Assembly: GCA_964621395.1 (NCBI GenBank)
Contig: CAZULS010000001.1
Location: 135,920 to 199,919 of the forward strand
Length of the DNA: 64,000 bases
Direction: 5' to 3'
Source of the DNA: an uncultured Candidatus Saccharibacteria bacterium
GTDB taxonomy: Bacteria > Patescibacteriota > Minisyncoccia > Phycocordibacterales > JACNGX01
Within the stretch, counting starts at the first letter, position 1. Each line of letters begins with the position of its first letter. Below, piece after piece: positions 17,903 through 27,632 of the stretch. The position numbers and the translations under genes were made by a program. Below the pieces are notes generated by a model. It did not search any database, was not told the origin of the DNA, and saw only the letters and a program-made list of their open reading frames with translations.

Positions 17903-18090
17903 GAGCCTGTTCATGGTTCTCAACGGAATTGAAAGAAAAAGAATAAATCCTTGTCGGCTTAATACACTGTTATACCGGCTGCAAATCGCTTAAAATGTCT
18001 TGAAGTACGAGAGTACTCCCGCGCCATTTTTCACGATTTTCGCTCGGTATAACAGTGCATTACGCACGACAAAGAACCATGAACAGGATC
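17903..18090. mobile_element. Family-C MITE (188 bp), TIR GAGCCTGTTCATGGTTCTC / AGAACCATGAACAGGATC; begins 1 nt after the TetR stop codon
   Basis: Near-identical to 10097-10285 in inverse orientation. Confidence 0.7.
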
Positions 18091-18104
18091 TAACATCGCC
18101 AAAT

Positions 18105-18140
18105 AAAAAACAACACCCGCATGCAGGTGTTGTTTTTTGG
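18105..18140. repeat. 36-bp hairpin AAAAAACAACACC-CGCATGCA-GGTGTTGTTTTTTGG (copy 1), flanks TA cassette
   Basis: Identical copy at 18765-18800; the two copies bracket the antitoxin-toxin pair. Confidence 0.7.
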
Positions 18141-18180
18141 TTTTGTTTCCTGTTAGTGCATTTCATGGTAAGATGATTAT

Positions 18181-18426
18181 ATGAGCAAAACAGAAAAACA
18201 GAAAAAAGAAGCGATGGTTCGTGTGCCTCTGTCGGCGTTCAGATCGCTTTCGCGGTATCCGCGGGAAAAGAAAATCGTCGTGGAAATTTCCACGGACGAT
18301 ATTGCGCGTGTCAACAAAGCGGAAACACTTGATGAAATTATCAACGAAGCACGTCTTGAATACGCGACCGGAGATTACACGACACACAGAACGGCGAAAA
18401 GTGTTATTGCCACGCTTGAAGCATAA
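18181..18426 (+). CDS. Type II antitoxin candidate (partner of downstream RelE/ParE toxin)
   Basis: 81-aa ORF ending 2 nt before the toxin ORF; typical upstream-antitoxin arrangement; family not assigned. Confidence 0.45.
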   Translation: MSKTEKQKKEAMVRVPLSAFRSLSRYPREKKIVVEISTDDIARVNKAETLDEIINEARLEYATGDYTTHRTAKSVIATLEA

Positions 18427-18428
18427 GT

Positions 18429-18698
18429 ATGATACACGTCAATGTTTCTCCGCGTTTCAAGCGGGCATATAAAAAGTTGCCGCGCCATATTAAAAACAGT
18501 TTTCAGAAACGTGTAGAAGTGTTTGCGGAAGATCCGTGGCATCCATCGCTCAAAACACACAGACTCAAGGGTGCGTATCAGGAGTGTCTGTCTTTCAGAC
18601 TTGATGACGGCTACCGAGTGCTTTTTGAATTCTCTTCCGCGCATGCCGTGGATCTCTTAGATGTCGGACCGCACGACTTATATCGTAAGCGACGGTAG
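18429..18698 (+). CDS. RelE/ParE-family type II toxin
   Basis: 89 aa; C-terminal LKGAYQECLSFRLDDGYRVLFEFSSAHAVDLLDVGPHDLY matches the RelE/ParE core. Confidence 0.65.
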   Translation: MIHVNVSPRFKRAYKKLPRHIKNSFQKRVEVFAEDPWHPSLKTHRLKGAYQECLSFRLDDGYRVLFEFSSAHAVDLLDVGPHDLYRKRR

Positions 18699-18764
18699 AA
18701 ATGTATCTGTGTTCCTATGGCTTGTTCCAAAGATAAGGTGTGTCCAGAACCAAACAGAAGGTAT

Positions 18765-18800
18765 AAAAAACAACACCCGCATGCAGGTGTTGTTTTTTGG
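18765..18800. repeat. 36-bp hairpin AAAAAACAACACCCGCATGCAGGTGTTGTTTTTTGG (copy 2)
   Basis: Identical to 18105-18140; also a plausible bidirectional terminator between the toxin (+) and the 18818 ORF (-). Confidence 0.7.
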
Positions 18801-18817
18801 TGAACTTGTTTTAATGT

Positions 18818-19180
18818 TTACGCTCCGAGTTCCGCTTCAATGGCATCGAGCTCCGCGTCGAGATTATCGAGGTCGGTTGTGTTGAGGTCTTCCTCAATGT
18901 CGGTGATGTCGGTTGACGTGCTCTGCTCTTCGGAAAGCGCCTCAAGTTGCGAGTCGGGAGCATTCAAGATATCTTCGACGGTAACGTCACCGGCTTCATA
19001 TTCACTCATACGTTCATCGATTTTTTGACCCCAGAAATAGAGTCCGCCGATGATAATCACAGCAACAATGAGAATGATACCGATTGCCGATCCCCATGAG
19101 CTCTTTTCTTCTGGAGCTGGTGTCGGAGGAGTGGTATTCTCTTGATTGAATTCTTGATTCATATTGGGTGTTGTCTCCAT
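18818..19180 (-). CDS. Hypothetical membrane-anchored acidic protein
   Basis: 120 aa; one TM helix (IGIILIVAVIIIGGLYFW) followed by an acidic, D/E/T-rich tail. Confidence 0.3.
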   Translation of the reverse strand: METTPNMNQEFNQENTTPPTPAPEEKSSWGSAIGIILIVAVIIIGGLYFWGQKIDERMSEYEAGDVTVEDILNAPDSQLEALSEEQSTSTDITDIEEDLNTTDLDNLDAELDAIEAELGA

Positions 19181-19358
19181 AGATGATTTGGTTATGAGAA
19201 TAATTATACCATCCCCGATTCACCACTGCAAAGCACTTTTTCATCATTTCGAGCGAAAAACGAGTTGGAGCCCGAAACGTATCGAGATACGTTAAGGGCG
19301 AAACCGGTTTTCTCGCCGAAATGCTGGAACAGTGCGCAGAAGTGAATTGGGGCTGGTA

Positions 19359-20414
19359 TTATTCCGTATCACCGGATGTATTGCCTTTAAGGTGTCGAAT
19401 GGCTTCTTTCAAATCGGCGCGAGCCTCTCGTACTTCCTCGGCCGCTGCGCGAATTGCTTCTTTCACGATTGTGATGGATTCACGCGGAGTCTCTGTGGCA
19501 AGTGCATCTGCGGAGAGTGTTGCAACATCAGCAAGATATTCAGCTGCCGCCTCAAGGTGGTCGCGAGCGGCGTCAACCGATGTCTGCGCATCTGATGTAT
19601 CAATACCTTCGGACTCAAGGATGGCAATGCGCTCTAGAGTGCGGTCGGCAAGCTTCGAGAGGCGGTCGATGGCTGCATTGATACGGTCAATCAAACGAGC
19701 GATATAGGCATCGATCCGGTCTTTGGCGTTCTCTTTCAATTCCTCTTTCTTTTCTTCCCAATTCTCTTTAATTTCACCGCGTTTTTCTTCCACTTTTGCG
19801 CGTACTTCATCCAAACGATTCTTCACGTCTTCCTTCTTCTCGGCGATATGCGTGCATCGTTCTTCAACGTCTGTGCAGGTTACTTCGTCGATTTTCACAC
19901 ATTCATTTGTGTGTGCGGCATCTGTTGTGGTTGTGGTGTCTTCGGAAAGCTCTTCACATTTTGCTTTGAGCTTCTCTTTTACTTCTTCACAAGTGGTGGT
20001 ATCGGAACACGCGGCAATAATCCAACGAGGGATTTCTGAGAGATGGTCATGAGCTTTTGTCTTGATGGCCTCAATACGGTCGGCATGTGATTCTTTTACG
20101 TCTTGCATGCGTTCTTTTGCCGCCTCAACGGCATTGTGCATGTGTTCGCGGTGGTTCTTTACTGCTTCTATCGGACGTACTTTTTGTACAGATGGAGTTC
20201 CATCGGGCTTTCCCGCATTTCCCGGAGTGTGTCCTCTCCCTGTCGACGGAACAGAGCCGTCTTCGGTAGAGATTGGCATGACCTGAGCCTGATCGGCATG
20301 TGTTTTTACAGCTCTGTTGGGTGCTCCGGCGGCATCGGTGGGTGGATATACCGCATGCGCGGTTGGCGCCACAAGAAGCGCGGCGAGTGTAAGTGTGATG
20401 AATGTATGTTTCAT
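19359..20414 (-). CDS. Secreted coiled-coil protein with Cys-containing segment (hypothetical)
   Basis: 351 aa; signal peptide MKHTFITLTLAALLVAPTAHA; long E/K-rich heptad-like region. Confidence 0.4.
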   Translation of the reverse strand: MKHTFITLTLAALLVAPTAHAVYPPTDAAGAPNRAVKTHADQAQVMPISTEDGSVPSTGRGHTPGNAGKPDGTPSVQKVRPIEAVKNHREHMHNAVEAAKERMQDVKESHADRIEAIKTKAHDHLSEIPRWIIAACSDTTTCEEVKEKLKAKCEELSEDTTTTTDAAHTNECVKIDEVTCTDVEERCTHIAEKKEDVKNRLDEVRAKVEEKRGEIKENWEEKKEELKENAKDRIDAYIARLIDRINAAIDRLSKLADRTLERIAILESEGIDTSDAQTSVDAARDHLEAAAEYLADVATLSADALATETPRESITIVKEAIRAAAEEVREARADLKEAIRHLKGNTSGDTE

Positions 20415-20451
20415 AGTATTGAATATATGTGTCTTCTGACAATTATGACAT

Positions 20452-20519
20452 TAGAACCAGTCCCATTGAAAACGTGAAAAAAGAAGATTACATTCACGTT
20501 TTCAATGGGACTGGTTCTA
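20452..20519. mobile_element. Family-D mini-MITE (68 bp): 27-bp perfect TIR TAGAACCAGTCCCATTGAAAACGTGAA / TTCACGTTTTCAATGGGACTGGTTCTA
   Basis: Read directly; the termini match the approx 200-bp family-D copies at 23871-24069 and 59423-59620. Confidence 0.7.
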
Positions 20520-20603
20520 GTATATCAGAAATCGGGAATCGTCCATAATCGGTGTGTATAGCCACGAAACATCCCCCTTCAGGGGGATTTTTCGTGGCAA
20601 GTA

Positions 20604-21134
20604 TTACTCACCGTATTTCTCGCGATACAAATCAAAGGAATGCTGTACTGCTTCCACGGCCGCTTCACGACCCTTCCATTCGTCCACTTCCACCTTCTTC
20701 TTCTCAAGATCTTTGTATACGGAGTAGAAATGTTTTGTCTCTGAGAGCAGGTGCGGTTCAAGGTCGGAGATGTCTTTAGTGTTCGCGAAGCGCGGATCCG
20801 TTACCGGTACCGCCAACACTTTCGCATCACCGTCACCATCGTCTTTCATGTCGAGTACTCCGATGACACGCGCTTCCACAAGTGCTCCCGGCACAATCTC
20901 TTCGTGCGCAAGCACAAGCACATCAAGCGGGTCGCCGTCTTCCCAGAGGCTGCGGGGCACAAAACCATAATTGGTCGGATAGTGCATGGGGGAGTAAAGC
21001 ACACGGTCAAATTGAATGAGCCCGGTGTCTTTGTCGAGTTCGTATTTTACGCGCGAGCGTTTTGGGATTTCAATGATTACATTGACTTCGTCGGGAGTGT
21101 TTTTCCCGGCGGAAACATCATGCCAGAGATTCAT
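20604..21134 (-). CDS. ppa: Inorganic pyrophosphatase
   Basis: 177 aa from MNLWHDVSAGKNTPDEVNVIIEIPKRSRVKYELDKDTG ... DPLDVLVL ... VIGVLDMKDDGDGDAKVL. The track ORF is extended 54 aa upstream into repeat sequence. Confidence 0.9.
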   Translation of the reverse strand: MNLWHDVSAGKNTPDEVNVIIEIPKRSRVKYELDKDTGLIQFDRVLYSPMHYPTNYGFVPRSLWEDGDPLDVLVLAHEEIVPGALVEARVIGVLDMKDDGDGDAKVLAVPVTDPRFANTKDISDLEPHLLSETKHFYSVYKDLEKKKVEVDEWKGREAAVEAVQHSFDLYREKYGE

Positions 21135-21284
21135 ATTTAATGAGAATGACGAATTAAGAATAATGAATGAAGAATATATGAAGCATAGCGCGAGAAAAGG
21201 TAGGGTGCAAGGGGTATGGACTCCAAATGTACGAATAGATACAAATCTACAAATGGTACGAATGGGCACAAATACTTCCTTTGT

Positions 21285-21369
21285 TGTCATTCCCAACTTG
21301 ATTGGGAATCTTCGTTGTTTTGTTTCTGAGAATTATTTGAGAAGATTCTGAATCAAGTTCAGAATGACA
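21285..21369. mobile_element. Family-A hairpin-ended MITE (GTCATTCCCAACTTGATTGGGAATC ... GATTCTGAATCAAGTTCAGAATGAC), with a solo half copy at 21395-21440
   Basis: Two terminal stem-loops with termini TGTCATTC / GAATGACA; the family recurs at least 12 times in the window. Confidence 0.65.
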
Positions 21370-22080
21370 AGTAACAACCCCTATAAGCCACATATCTGTC
21401 ATTCCCGACTCGATTGGGAATCTTCGTTGTTTTGTTTTCGAAAAAACAGAACCCCCGAACAAAATTGTCAGGGGTTCGAGGCTGCGCCAGCTTTTGAGCT
21501 TGCAGCCTTGCCTTATGGTAACCGAGTTATTCGCGCTGGTCAGCGAATATGGTGTGGTCGGCACCGGCGGCAGCTGAGGCAATAGTGGTATTTTTTTCTC
21601 CAAAAGGTTCAGCGGCATGGCCGAACGGAGGTGAGTGGGTACAAAGCTTTTTCATAAGCTTATCTCCTCATCTTTTTGAGTTAATCCGCAATCCTACAAT
21701 GGAACATGCGGAAAAAATGCTTACAGAAACACACTACCAAAGAACACATTGTCCCCTATATCCTGGTAAGATAAGACAAAGTTGGAACCAATCAATTGAC
21801 CCCTATTATATACCACTCAAAATATTTGTCAAGCGCATTTTGGGATTTTTTGTACAAAAAGCCAATTTCAACCTTATTTTCCAACATATTTCATGAAAAT
21901 AAAAAACACGGCGGAGCGCGAGCCCCGCCGTGTTTTCCTGGTAAACTGCTCGAAAGCTCGCCCTGTTTTCTTAATATGGCATGTCGTGAAATGTGGCTTA
22001 AACCATATTACCTTATCTTGCTAAAAAACAGCGGGGCTTTGAGCCCCGCCGTTTTCTTTTTGTGTGGTCTTTGTTATTTT

Positions 22081-23583
22081 TTACTGCTCTTTCTTCTCGT
22101 TGTCTTCGTCAGATTTTTCCTCATTAAGTTCTTCTTCCTCCGCGACAGCGTCTTCCACGTCTTCCGGTGATGTGCCTTCGGTGTCGTCGATGCTTTGTTC
22201 GCTTTCTTCGTCGTGCGCACCTTCCTCCTCTTCAGAGCCCATTTCTTCCACCGCTTCCTCAGAAACTGTTTCTTCGTTATCATTCATTGCGCTTTCGAGC
22301 GCGTCTTCAAGATTATGCTCTACCACCTCATCCTTGACCGATTGCGCTTCGGCGGAGTCTAGGTCGGCTTGCATTTCGTCGAGTACCTCATCTTCCGTGG
22401 TGCCGTCTTCGCCTTCGATATCGATATTCCATCCGGTGAGTTTCACTGCGAGACGCGCATTTTGTCCTCCCTTCCCGATAGCGAGTGAAAGCTGATCGGA
22501 CGGGACAATCACCTTTGCGTATTTACTCTCTTCATCCACTTCCGTATCAATCACCTTTGCGGGAGAGAGTGCGGCAGCAACAAATTCTGCAGGATTCTCG
22601 CTCCAAAGAATGATGTCGATTTTTTCTCCGGCGAGTTCGTTCATAATGGTGGACACACGCACACCGCGCTGACCGACACATGCGCCAATCGGATCGACCG
22701 AATCGTCTACCGAGTGCACGGCAATCTTCGAGCGATTGCCCGGTTCGCGCGCAATGGATTTAATTTCCACGGTTTCATTTGCCACTTCCGGTGCTTCCAC
22801 GGCAAAGAGTTCGCGAAGGAGTTCCGGATGGGTGCGCGACAGGCGAATGGAAACACCGCGCGGTGTTTCCATCACATCGTAGATATATGCCTTGATACGT
22901 GCACCCTGACGATAATGCTCGCCCGGGATTTGTTCTTCATACGGCATGATACCGGTTGCACGTGCAAGATCCACAAAGACATTGCCGCGCTCCACACGCT
23001 GCACGATACCGGAGACAACCTCGCCTTTGCGATCTGCGTATTCGTCTAAGACAGACTCTTTCTCCGCCTCGCGGATTTTCTGAATAATCACTTGCTTTGC
23101 TGTTTGGGCGGCGATGCGTCCATAGTCTTCTTTCGCTTCAAGCGGGAAGATCATCTCATCATCAAGAGACACGCCTTTCTTAATGCGTTGCGCGTCTTCA
23201 ATCATGATGTGGCGTTCCGGATTAAAGAGAGGGAGCACTTCTTCTTCGTCCTCGGCCGATCGAGCATCGCTTTCGCCCGCAGGCGAAAGCGATGCTCGAT
23301 TTAGGCTTCGCTTATCATTTTCCGGTACGGGAATTTCATCCTCATCCTCTTCAGACGGCATGCGCACGGTGGATTCGTCCACAACGATTTTCACCTGCTC
23401 AAAAGACACGCTGCCCGTTTCCGGATCAAACGCGGCGCGCACGATTTGGTCTTTTTTGCCGTAGTCTTTTTTGTATGCAGCGGCAACAGCCTGTTCAATG
23501 GCTTCCATGATTTTCTCGCGCGAAATCCCGCGCTCTTCTTCGAGCTGCGACAACGCGGAGTTGAATACTTTGATGTCAAACAT
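22081..23583 (-). CDS. nusA: Transcription termination/antitermination factor NusA with acidic C-terminal tail and an in-frame 57-bp palindromic insertion in the N-terminal domain
   Basis: 500 aa from MFDIKVFNSALSQLEEERGIS; S1 domain and two KH domains (GACVGQRGVRV, IGKGGQNARLA); approx 48 extra residues in the NTD relative to E. coli, containing the palindromic element (23251-23307, encodes SLNRASLSPAGESDARSAE). The track ORF start is over-extended. Confidence 0.9.
   Translation of the reverse strand: MFDIKVFNSALSQLEEERGISREKIMEAIEQAVAAAYKKDYGKKDQIVRAAFDPETGSVSFEQVKIVVDESTVRMPSEEDEDEIPVPENDKRSLNRASLSPAGESDARSAEDEEEVLPLFNPERHIMIEDAQRIKKGVSLDDEMIFPLEAKEDYGRIAAQTAKQVIIQKIREAEKESVLDEYADRKGEVVSGIVQRVERGNVFVDLARATGIMPYEEQIPGEHYRQGARIKAYIYDVMETPRGVSIRLSRTHPELLRELFAVEAPEVANETVEIKSIAREPGNRSKIAVHSVDDSVDPIGACVGQRGVRVSTIMNELAGEKIDIILWSENPAEFVAAALSPAKVIDTEVDEESKYAKVIVPSDQLSLAIGKGGQNARLAVKLTGWNIDIEGEDGTTEDEVLDEMQADLDSAEAQSVKDEVVEHNLEDALESAMNDNEETVSEEAVEEMGSEEEEGAHDEESEQSIDDTEGTSPEDVEDAVAEEEELNEEKSDEDNEKKEQ
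23251..23307 (-). repeat. 57-bp palindromic element in-frame inside nusA (sense: AGCCTAAATCGAGCATCGCTTTCGCCTGCGGGCGAAAGCGATGCTCGATCGGCCGAG)
   Basis: 17-bp perfect internal stem; conserved termini shared with the tig copy. Confidence 0.7.
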
Positions 23584-23870
23584 AATAGTAAGTGTTAGGA
23601 GATTAATGATTAGGAGACTAAAAGAATGCAATCTCTTATTTTTAATATTTAATTTCCTAATGGCTAATCTCCTTTTATTAAAAATACCGGTGCACAAAGC
23701 ATCGGTCATCGTGAATACAGTATATCGCATGCAAGAGAAAAGTCAAGCGAGATGTTCCCTCGCCTTCATTTGTCTATAACGAAATACGTATCATGCCGAG
23801 GTTATATGTTTTTATACACACGCATAACCGATATTTCAGGTGTGTGTCTGATATACTATATATGAATACA

Positions 23871-24069
23871 TAGAACCAGTCTCACTGAAAACGTGAAAAA
23901 AATAAGAAGATCGTATTCAAGAGCTTCGCTTGACAGTTCTCGCACCCACACCGCGGCTGCACCTTGTCGCTCAACCGCACCGCACGAGAAGTGCGGCACG
24001 GTCTCCGCGACATCGGTTCGCTCGCGGTGTGGGTGCGAGAACAAGCCATTTTCAGTGAGACTGGTTCTA
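23871..24069. mobile_element. Family-D MITE (approx 200 bp), TIR TAGAACCAGTCTCACTGAAAACG / CATTTTCAGTGAGACTGGTTCTA
   Basis: Internal sequence homologous to 59423-59620; lies between nusA and pilB. Confidence 0.7.
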
Positions 24070-24088
24070 GATAAAAATTTTATATTCC

Positions 24089-25843
24089 ATGCATGCCGAT
24101 GAAACACAATTGAAAACATTTATTGTTGATTCCGGACTTATTGCCGCAGACGATCTCCTTGCGGCGGAGAAGAAGGCCAAAAAAGGGAAAAAGGCGCTCA
24201 AGGAGGTAATTCTCTCTGAAGGGCTGCTTTCGGAAGACGATCTGAGACGAGTGGAGGCGCATGTCTTTGGTATTCCCTTTGTGAATCTGAAAAATCATAA
24301 GATTGATTTTGAACTCCTTTCACTTATTCCGGAACCGATTGCGCGACGTCACAATATTATCGCCTTCAAAAAAGGAGAGGGTTCTTTGGAGGTTGCCATG
24401 CTTGATACCGATGATCTGGCAGCTATTGATTTCATCAAAAAGAAGGTGGGACTGAAAATATTGCCGCGTATTACCGATACGGCATCAATTAAGTCGGCAC
24501 TGTTGCAGTATCAAAAAAACCTCAAGGCTGAATTTGGCGACATGATTAAGGAAGAAGCAGAGGTTCTGAAGGCGGTACCGGAAAGTAAAGAAGGAGAACA
24601 GCTTTCAGAGGGTGATTTGAAAAAACTCGCTGAAGATTTACCGGTGGTGAAAATTGTCGATTCGCTCTTGAAACATGCCATTGTGCAAAATGCCTCCGAT
24701 ATTCATATTGAGCCGCAGGAAAAGGAACTTCTCATTCGCTATCGTATCGATGGTATTCTCCACGATGCCATGGTGTTGCCGAAGGCTGCGGGTCCCGGTA
24801 TTGCCGCTCGCGTAAAAGTGCTTTCAGATCTCAAACTTGATGAAAAGCGCTTGCCGCAGGATGGCCGTTTTAAAATCATCCAGAATGAAGAGAAGGTGTC
24901 GTTTCGTGTGTCCACCATCCCGACCGCTTTTGGCGAAAAAACAGTGATGCGACTTCTCCGTGAGCGCTCAAGTGGCTTCACGCTCGAGACACTCGGTTTT
25001 CACGGGGTGGGTGAAGAGCGTATTCAAGAAGCAACACGGCAAAAGACCGGTATGATTCTTGTGACCGGACCGACAGGATCGGGAAAGACGACAACGCTCT
25101 ACACCATTCTTGATATTTTGAATACTCCGGAAGTAAATATTTCCACGGTAGAAGACCCGATTGAGTATCAGGTGCCGCGCATCAATCAGACACAAGTGCG
25201 GCCGGATATTGGTTTTACCTTTTCAAAAGGATTGCGTGCGCTCGTGCGTCAGGACCCGGACATCATTCTTGTGGGCGAGATTCGTGACACCGAAACGGCA
25301 AGTCTTGGTGTGAACGCTGCCCTTACCGGTCATTTGGTGCTTTCCACGCTCCACACCAATTCCGCCGGTGGCACCATTCCGCGTATGCTTGAGATGGACG
25401 TGGAATCTTTTCTCCTTGTCTCCACAGTGAATGTTATTATCGGGCAGCGACTCGTGAGAAAACTCTGCGACACGAAAGAAAAATATTTCTTGACCAAGAG
25501 TGAAATTACGCAGCTTGGCGAAGAAGCGAATCTTGATTTGGTGATGACATACCTCAAGGAGGAGAAGGTGGTCGATGCGAAGGCAACATGGGAAAAGATT
25601 CCGTTTTATAAGCCAAAGAAGAGTGCACAGAGTGAAAGTGGATATTCCGGACGTATCGGTATTCATGAAATCTTACGCATGTCTGATGGTATCCGCACTC
25701 TTGTCATGGCAGACGCGACAGCTCATGAGATTCAAGAGCAGGCGCGGAAAGAAGGTATGATGACAATGCTTGAAGACGGTATCTTTAAGGCGGCGGCAGG
25801 AACAACGAGTATTGAGGAAGTGCTTCGCGTTGTGTCGGAATAA
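24089..25843 (+). CDS. pilB: Type IV pilus assembly ATPase PilB (GspE family)
   Basis: 584 aa; N-terminal GSPII domain, Walker A GPTGSGKTT, Asp/His boxes. Confidence 0.9.
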   Translation: MHADETQLKTFIVDSGLIAADDLLAAEKKAKKGKKALKEVILSEGLLSEDDLRRVEAHVFGIPFVNLKNHKIDFELLSLIPEPIARRHNIIAFKKGEGSLEVAMLDTDDLAAIDFIKKKVGLKILPRITDTASIKSALLQYQKNLKAEFGDMIKEEAEVLKAVPESKEGEQLSEGDLKKLAEDLPVVKIVDSLLKHAIVQNASDIHIEPQEKELLIRYRIDGILHDAMVLPKAAGPGIAARVKVLSDLKLDEKRLPQDGRFKIIQNEEKVSFRVSTIPTAFGEKTVMRLLRERSSGFTLETLGFHGVGEERIQEATRQKTGMILVTGPTGSGKTTTLYTILDILNTPEVNISTVEDPIEYQVPRINQTQVRPDIGFTFSKGLRALVRQDPDIILVGEIRDTETASLGVNAALTGHLVLSTLHTNSAGGTIPRMLEMDVESFLLVSTVNVIIGQRLVRKLCDTKEKYFLTKSEITQLGEEANLDLVMTYLKEEKVVDAKATWEKIPFYKPKKSAQSESGYSGRIGIHEILRMSDGIRTLVMADATAHEIQEQARKEGMMTMLEDGIFKAAAGTTSIEEVLRVVSE

Positions 25844-25845
25844 AA

Positions 25846-26046
25846 CATTACGAATAACGAATAACGCGAATATACGAATACACAATCATACCATTCTTGA
25901 CTCACGTATATGTCTGTCGCTATACGCTGTACCGAAACACCACAAAGAAACAATATTGACGCTACATGTTAATCGTAAGTCCGAAGCAGAGAAGCGACCC
26001 ATTCGTATATTCGCATCATATTCGTAATTCGTAATTGTTCGTAACT
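25846..26046. mobile_element. Family-B ACGAAT-rich MITE (approx 200 bp), copy 1; TIR ATTACGAATAACGAATAACGCGAATATACGAATACACAAT ... ATTCGTATATTCGCATCATATTCGTAATTCGTAAT
   Basis: Four near-identical copies occupy every spacer of the pilus cluster; diverged or composite copies at 45279-45446, 53449-53645, 54254-54420, 56216-56322, 61812-61858. Confidence 0.75.
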
Positions 26047-26158
26047 AAAAACACACGAAGATCCTGAATCAAGTTCAGGATGACATCGAAAGTGGTTTAT
26101 ATGTCAAAAATCAGATTCGTATGTTCGTACCGATTCGTAATTCGTAATTTGTTTATCC

Positions 26159-27376
26159 ATGCAGTTTACCTATACCACCATTAATAAGGAAGGGGAGCGG
26201 GAAGAAGGGCGTGCCTATGCGTCTGACAAATTTGCGCTTTCAGCACTTCTGAAAAAAGAAGGGAAAACACTTGTCTCCGCCGAAGAGGTGAAGAAGGGAG
26301 TGTTTTCTTCGATGAAGAATATCGCTCTCTTTAAGCGTATCTCAATGGATGAAAAGATTATGTTTGCGCACAACCTCGCAGCCATGACGCGCGCAGGACT
26401 TTCTCTCTCGCGGACACTTTCCATTCTTGAGCGGCAAAGTACGAATACACGTTTTAAGGAAGTAATGAATGCTCTTGCCGAGACGATTAAAAAGGGAGGA
26501 ACATTGGCCGATGCACTGCGGGAATTTCCCACAGAGTTTTCGCCGCTCTTTGTCTCTATGGTGCATGCCGGTGAAGAATCGGGCGGCTTGGCTGATGCGC
26601 TCGAAGTGGTGGGAACACAAATGAAAAAGAATCATGAGCTTGTAAAGAAGGTAAAGGGTGCCATGATTTATCCGTCGATCGTGATTGGGGTGATGGTACT
26701 TGTCGGGATAGTGATGATTGTGAAGGTGGTGCCAACACTCACGGCGACATTTGTTGAACTCGATGTTGAGTTGCCTGCTGCGACAAAGATTTTGATCGCT
26801 GTCTCTGACGCACTGCGAGACCATTTCCTTCTTGTGCTCTCCGGGGGAGTACTTCTCATTCTTCTTTTTGTATACGCAATGAAAACACAACGCGGTCGGG
26901 AGATTAAAGATGCGCTGTTGCTCCGCATGCCTCTTATCGGTGGTTTTGTCCGAGAATTCAATGCCGCACGCACAGCACGCACACTCTCTTCTCTTCTCTC
27001 TTCAGGGGTTGATATCGTTCAGTCGCTTGTCATCACGCGTGATGTGATTCAAAACACGCAATTTAAGAACACAGTGAGCAGCGCTTCGGAACGTATCCAA
27101 AAAGGCATACTGCTTTCCGTGCTCTTTTCCGAGGAAAAGGCAGGTGCACTCTATCCGATTTTGTTTTCCGAAATGATTGCCGTGGGAGAGGAGACGGGAA
27201 AAGTATCTGATATGCTTGAAGAAGTGGCGCTGTATTATGAAGGTGAGGTGGAAGCGGCAACGAAAAATATGTCGACGATTGTTGAGCCGATTCTCATGCT
27301 CATTGTGGGTGTTGTGGTGGGATTTTTCGCTCTTGCCATGATTACACCGATGTATAGCGTCATGAGCGGAATATAA
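26159..27376 (+). CDS. pilC: Type IV pilus inner-membrane platform protein PilC (GspF family)
   Basis: 405 aa; two GspF repeats and three TM segments. Confidence 0.85.
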   Translation: MQFTYTTINKEGEREEGRAYASDKFALSALLKKEGKTLVSAEEVKKGVFSSMKNIALFKRISMDEKIMFAHNLAAMTRAGLSLSRTLSILERQSTNTRFKEVMNALAETIKKGGTLADALREFPTEFSPLFVSMVHAGEESGGLADALEVVGTQMKKNHELVKKVKGAMIYPSIVIGVMVLVGIVMIVKVVPTLTATFVELDVELPAATKILIAVSDALRDHFLLVLSGGVLLILLFVYAMKTQRGREIKDALLLRMPLIGGFVREFNAARTARTLSSLLSSGVDIVQSLVITRDVIQNTQFKNTVSSASERIQKGILLSVLFSEEKAGALYPILFSEMIAVGEETGKVSDMLEEVALYYEGEVEAATKNMSTIVEPILMLIVGVVVGFFALAMITPMYSVMSGI

Positions 27377-27566
27377 ATTACGAATGACGAATAACGCGAA
27401 TATACGAATACACAATCGTACCATTCTTGGCTTACGTATATGTCTGTTACTATACGTTGTACCGAAACACCATAAAGAAATATTATTAGTGCTAAATGCT
27501 AATCGTAAGCCCGAAGCAGAAAGAATACCCTTTCGTAGATTCGTATCATATTCGTAATTCGTAATA
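27377..27566. mobile_element. Family-B MITE, copy 2
   Basis: Starts 1 nt after the pilC stop; the right TIR ends 16 nt before the next ORF. Confidence 0.75.
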
Positions 27567-27632
27567 TAAAGAGAAGTATTTATGTCAGAAAACTTCCTCA
27601 AACCATATATAGCAAGACGAAAGGACAAAGGG

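Noticed and set aside
20103-20477. Overlapping ORFs in both strands at 19321-20477
   Set aside because: All are nested in or antisense to the 351-aa secreted coiled-coil gene (19359..20414), which has the only coherent signal peptide and domain organisation.
21247-21618. 123-aa minus-strand ORF
   Set aside because: Built from concatenated family-A hairpin repeats and terminator sequence. A shorter 42-aa ORF in another frame (21527..21655) with a proper SD is the only plausible coding unit here.
22064-22495. 143-aa Ser-rich plus-strand ORF
   Set aside because: Antisense of the acidic Glu/Asp-rich C-terminal tail of nusA (GAA/GAT repeats read as Ser/Ile codons in reverse).
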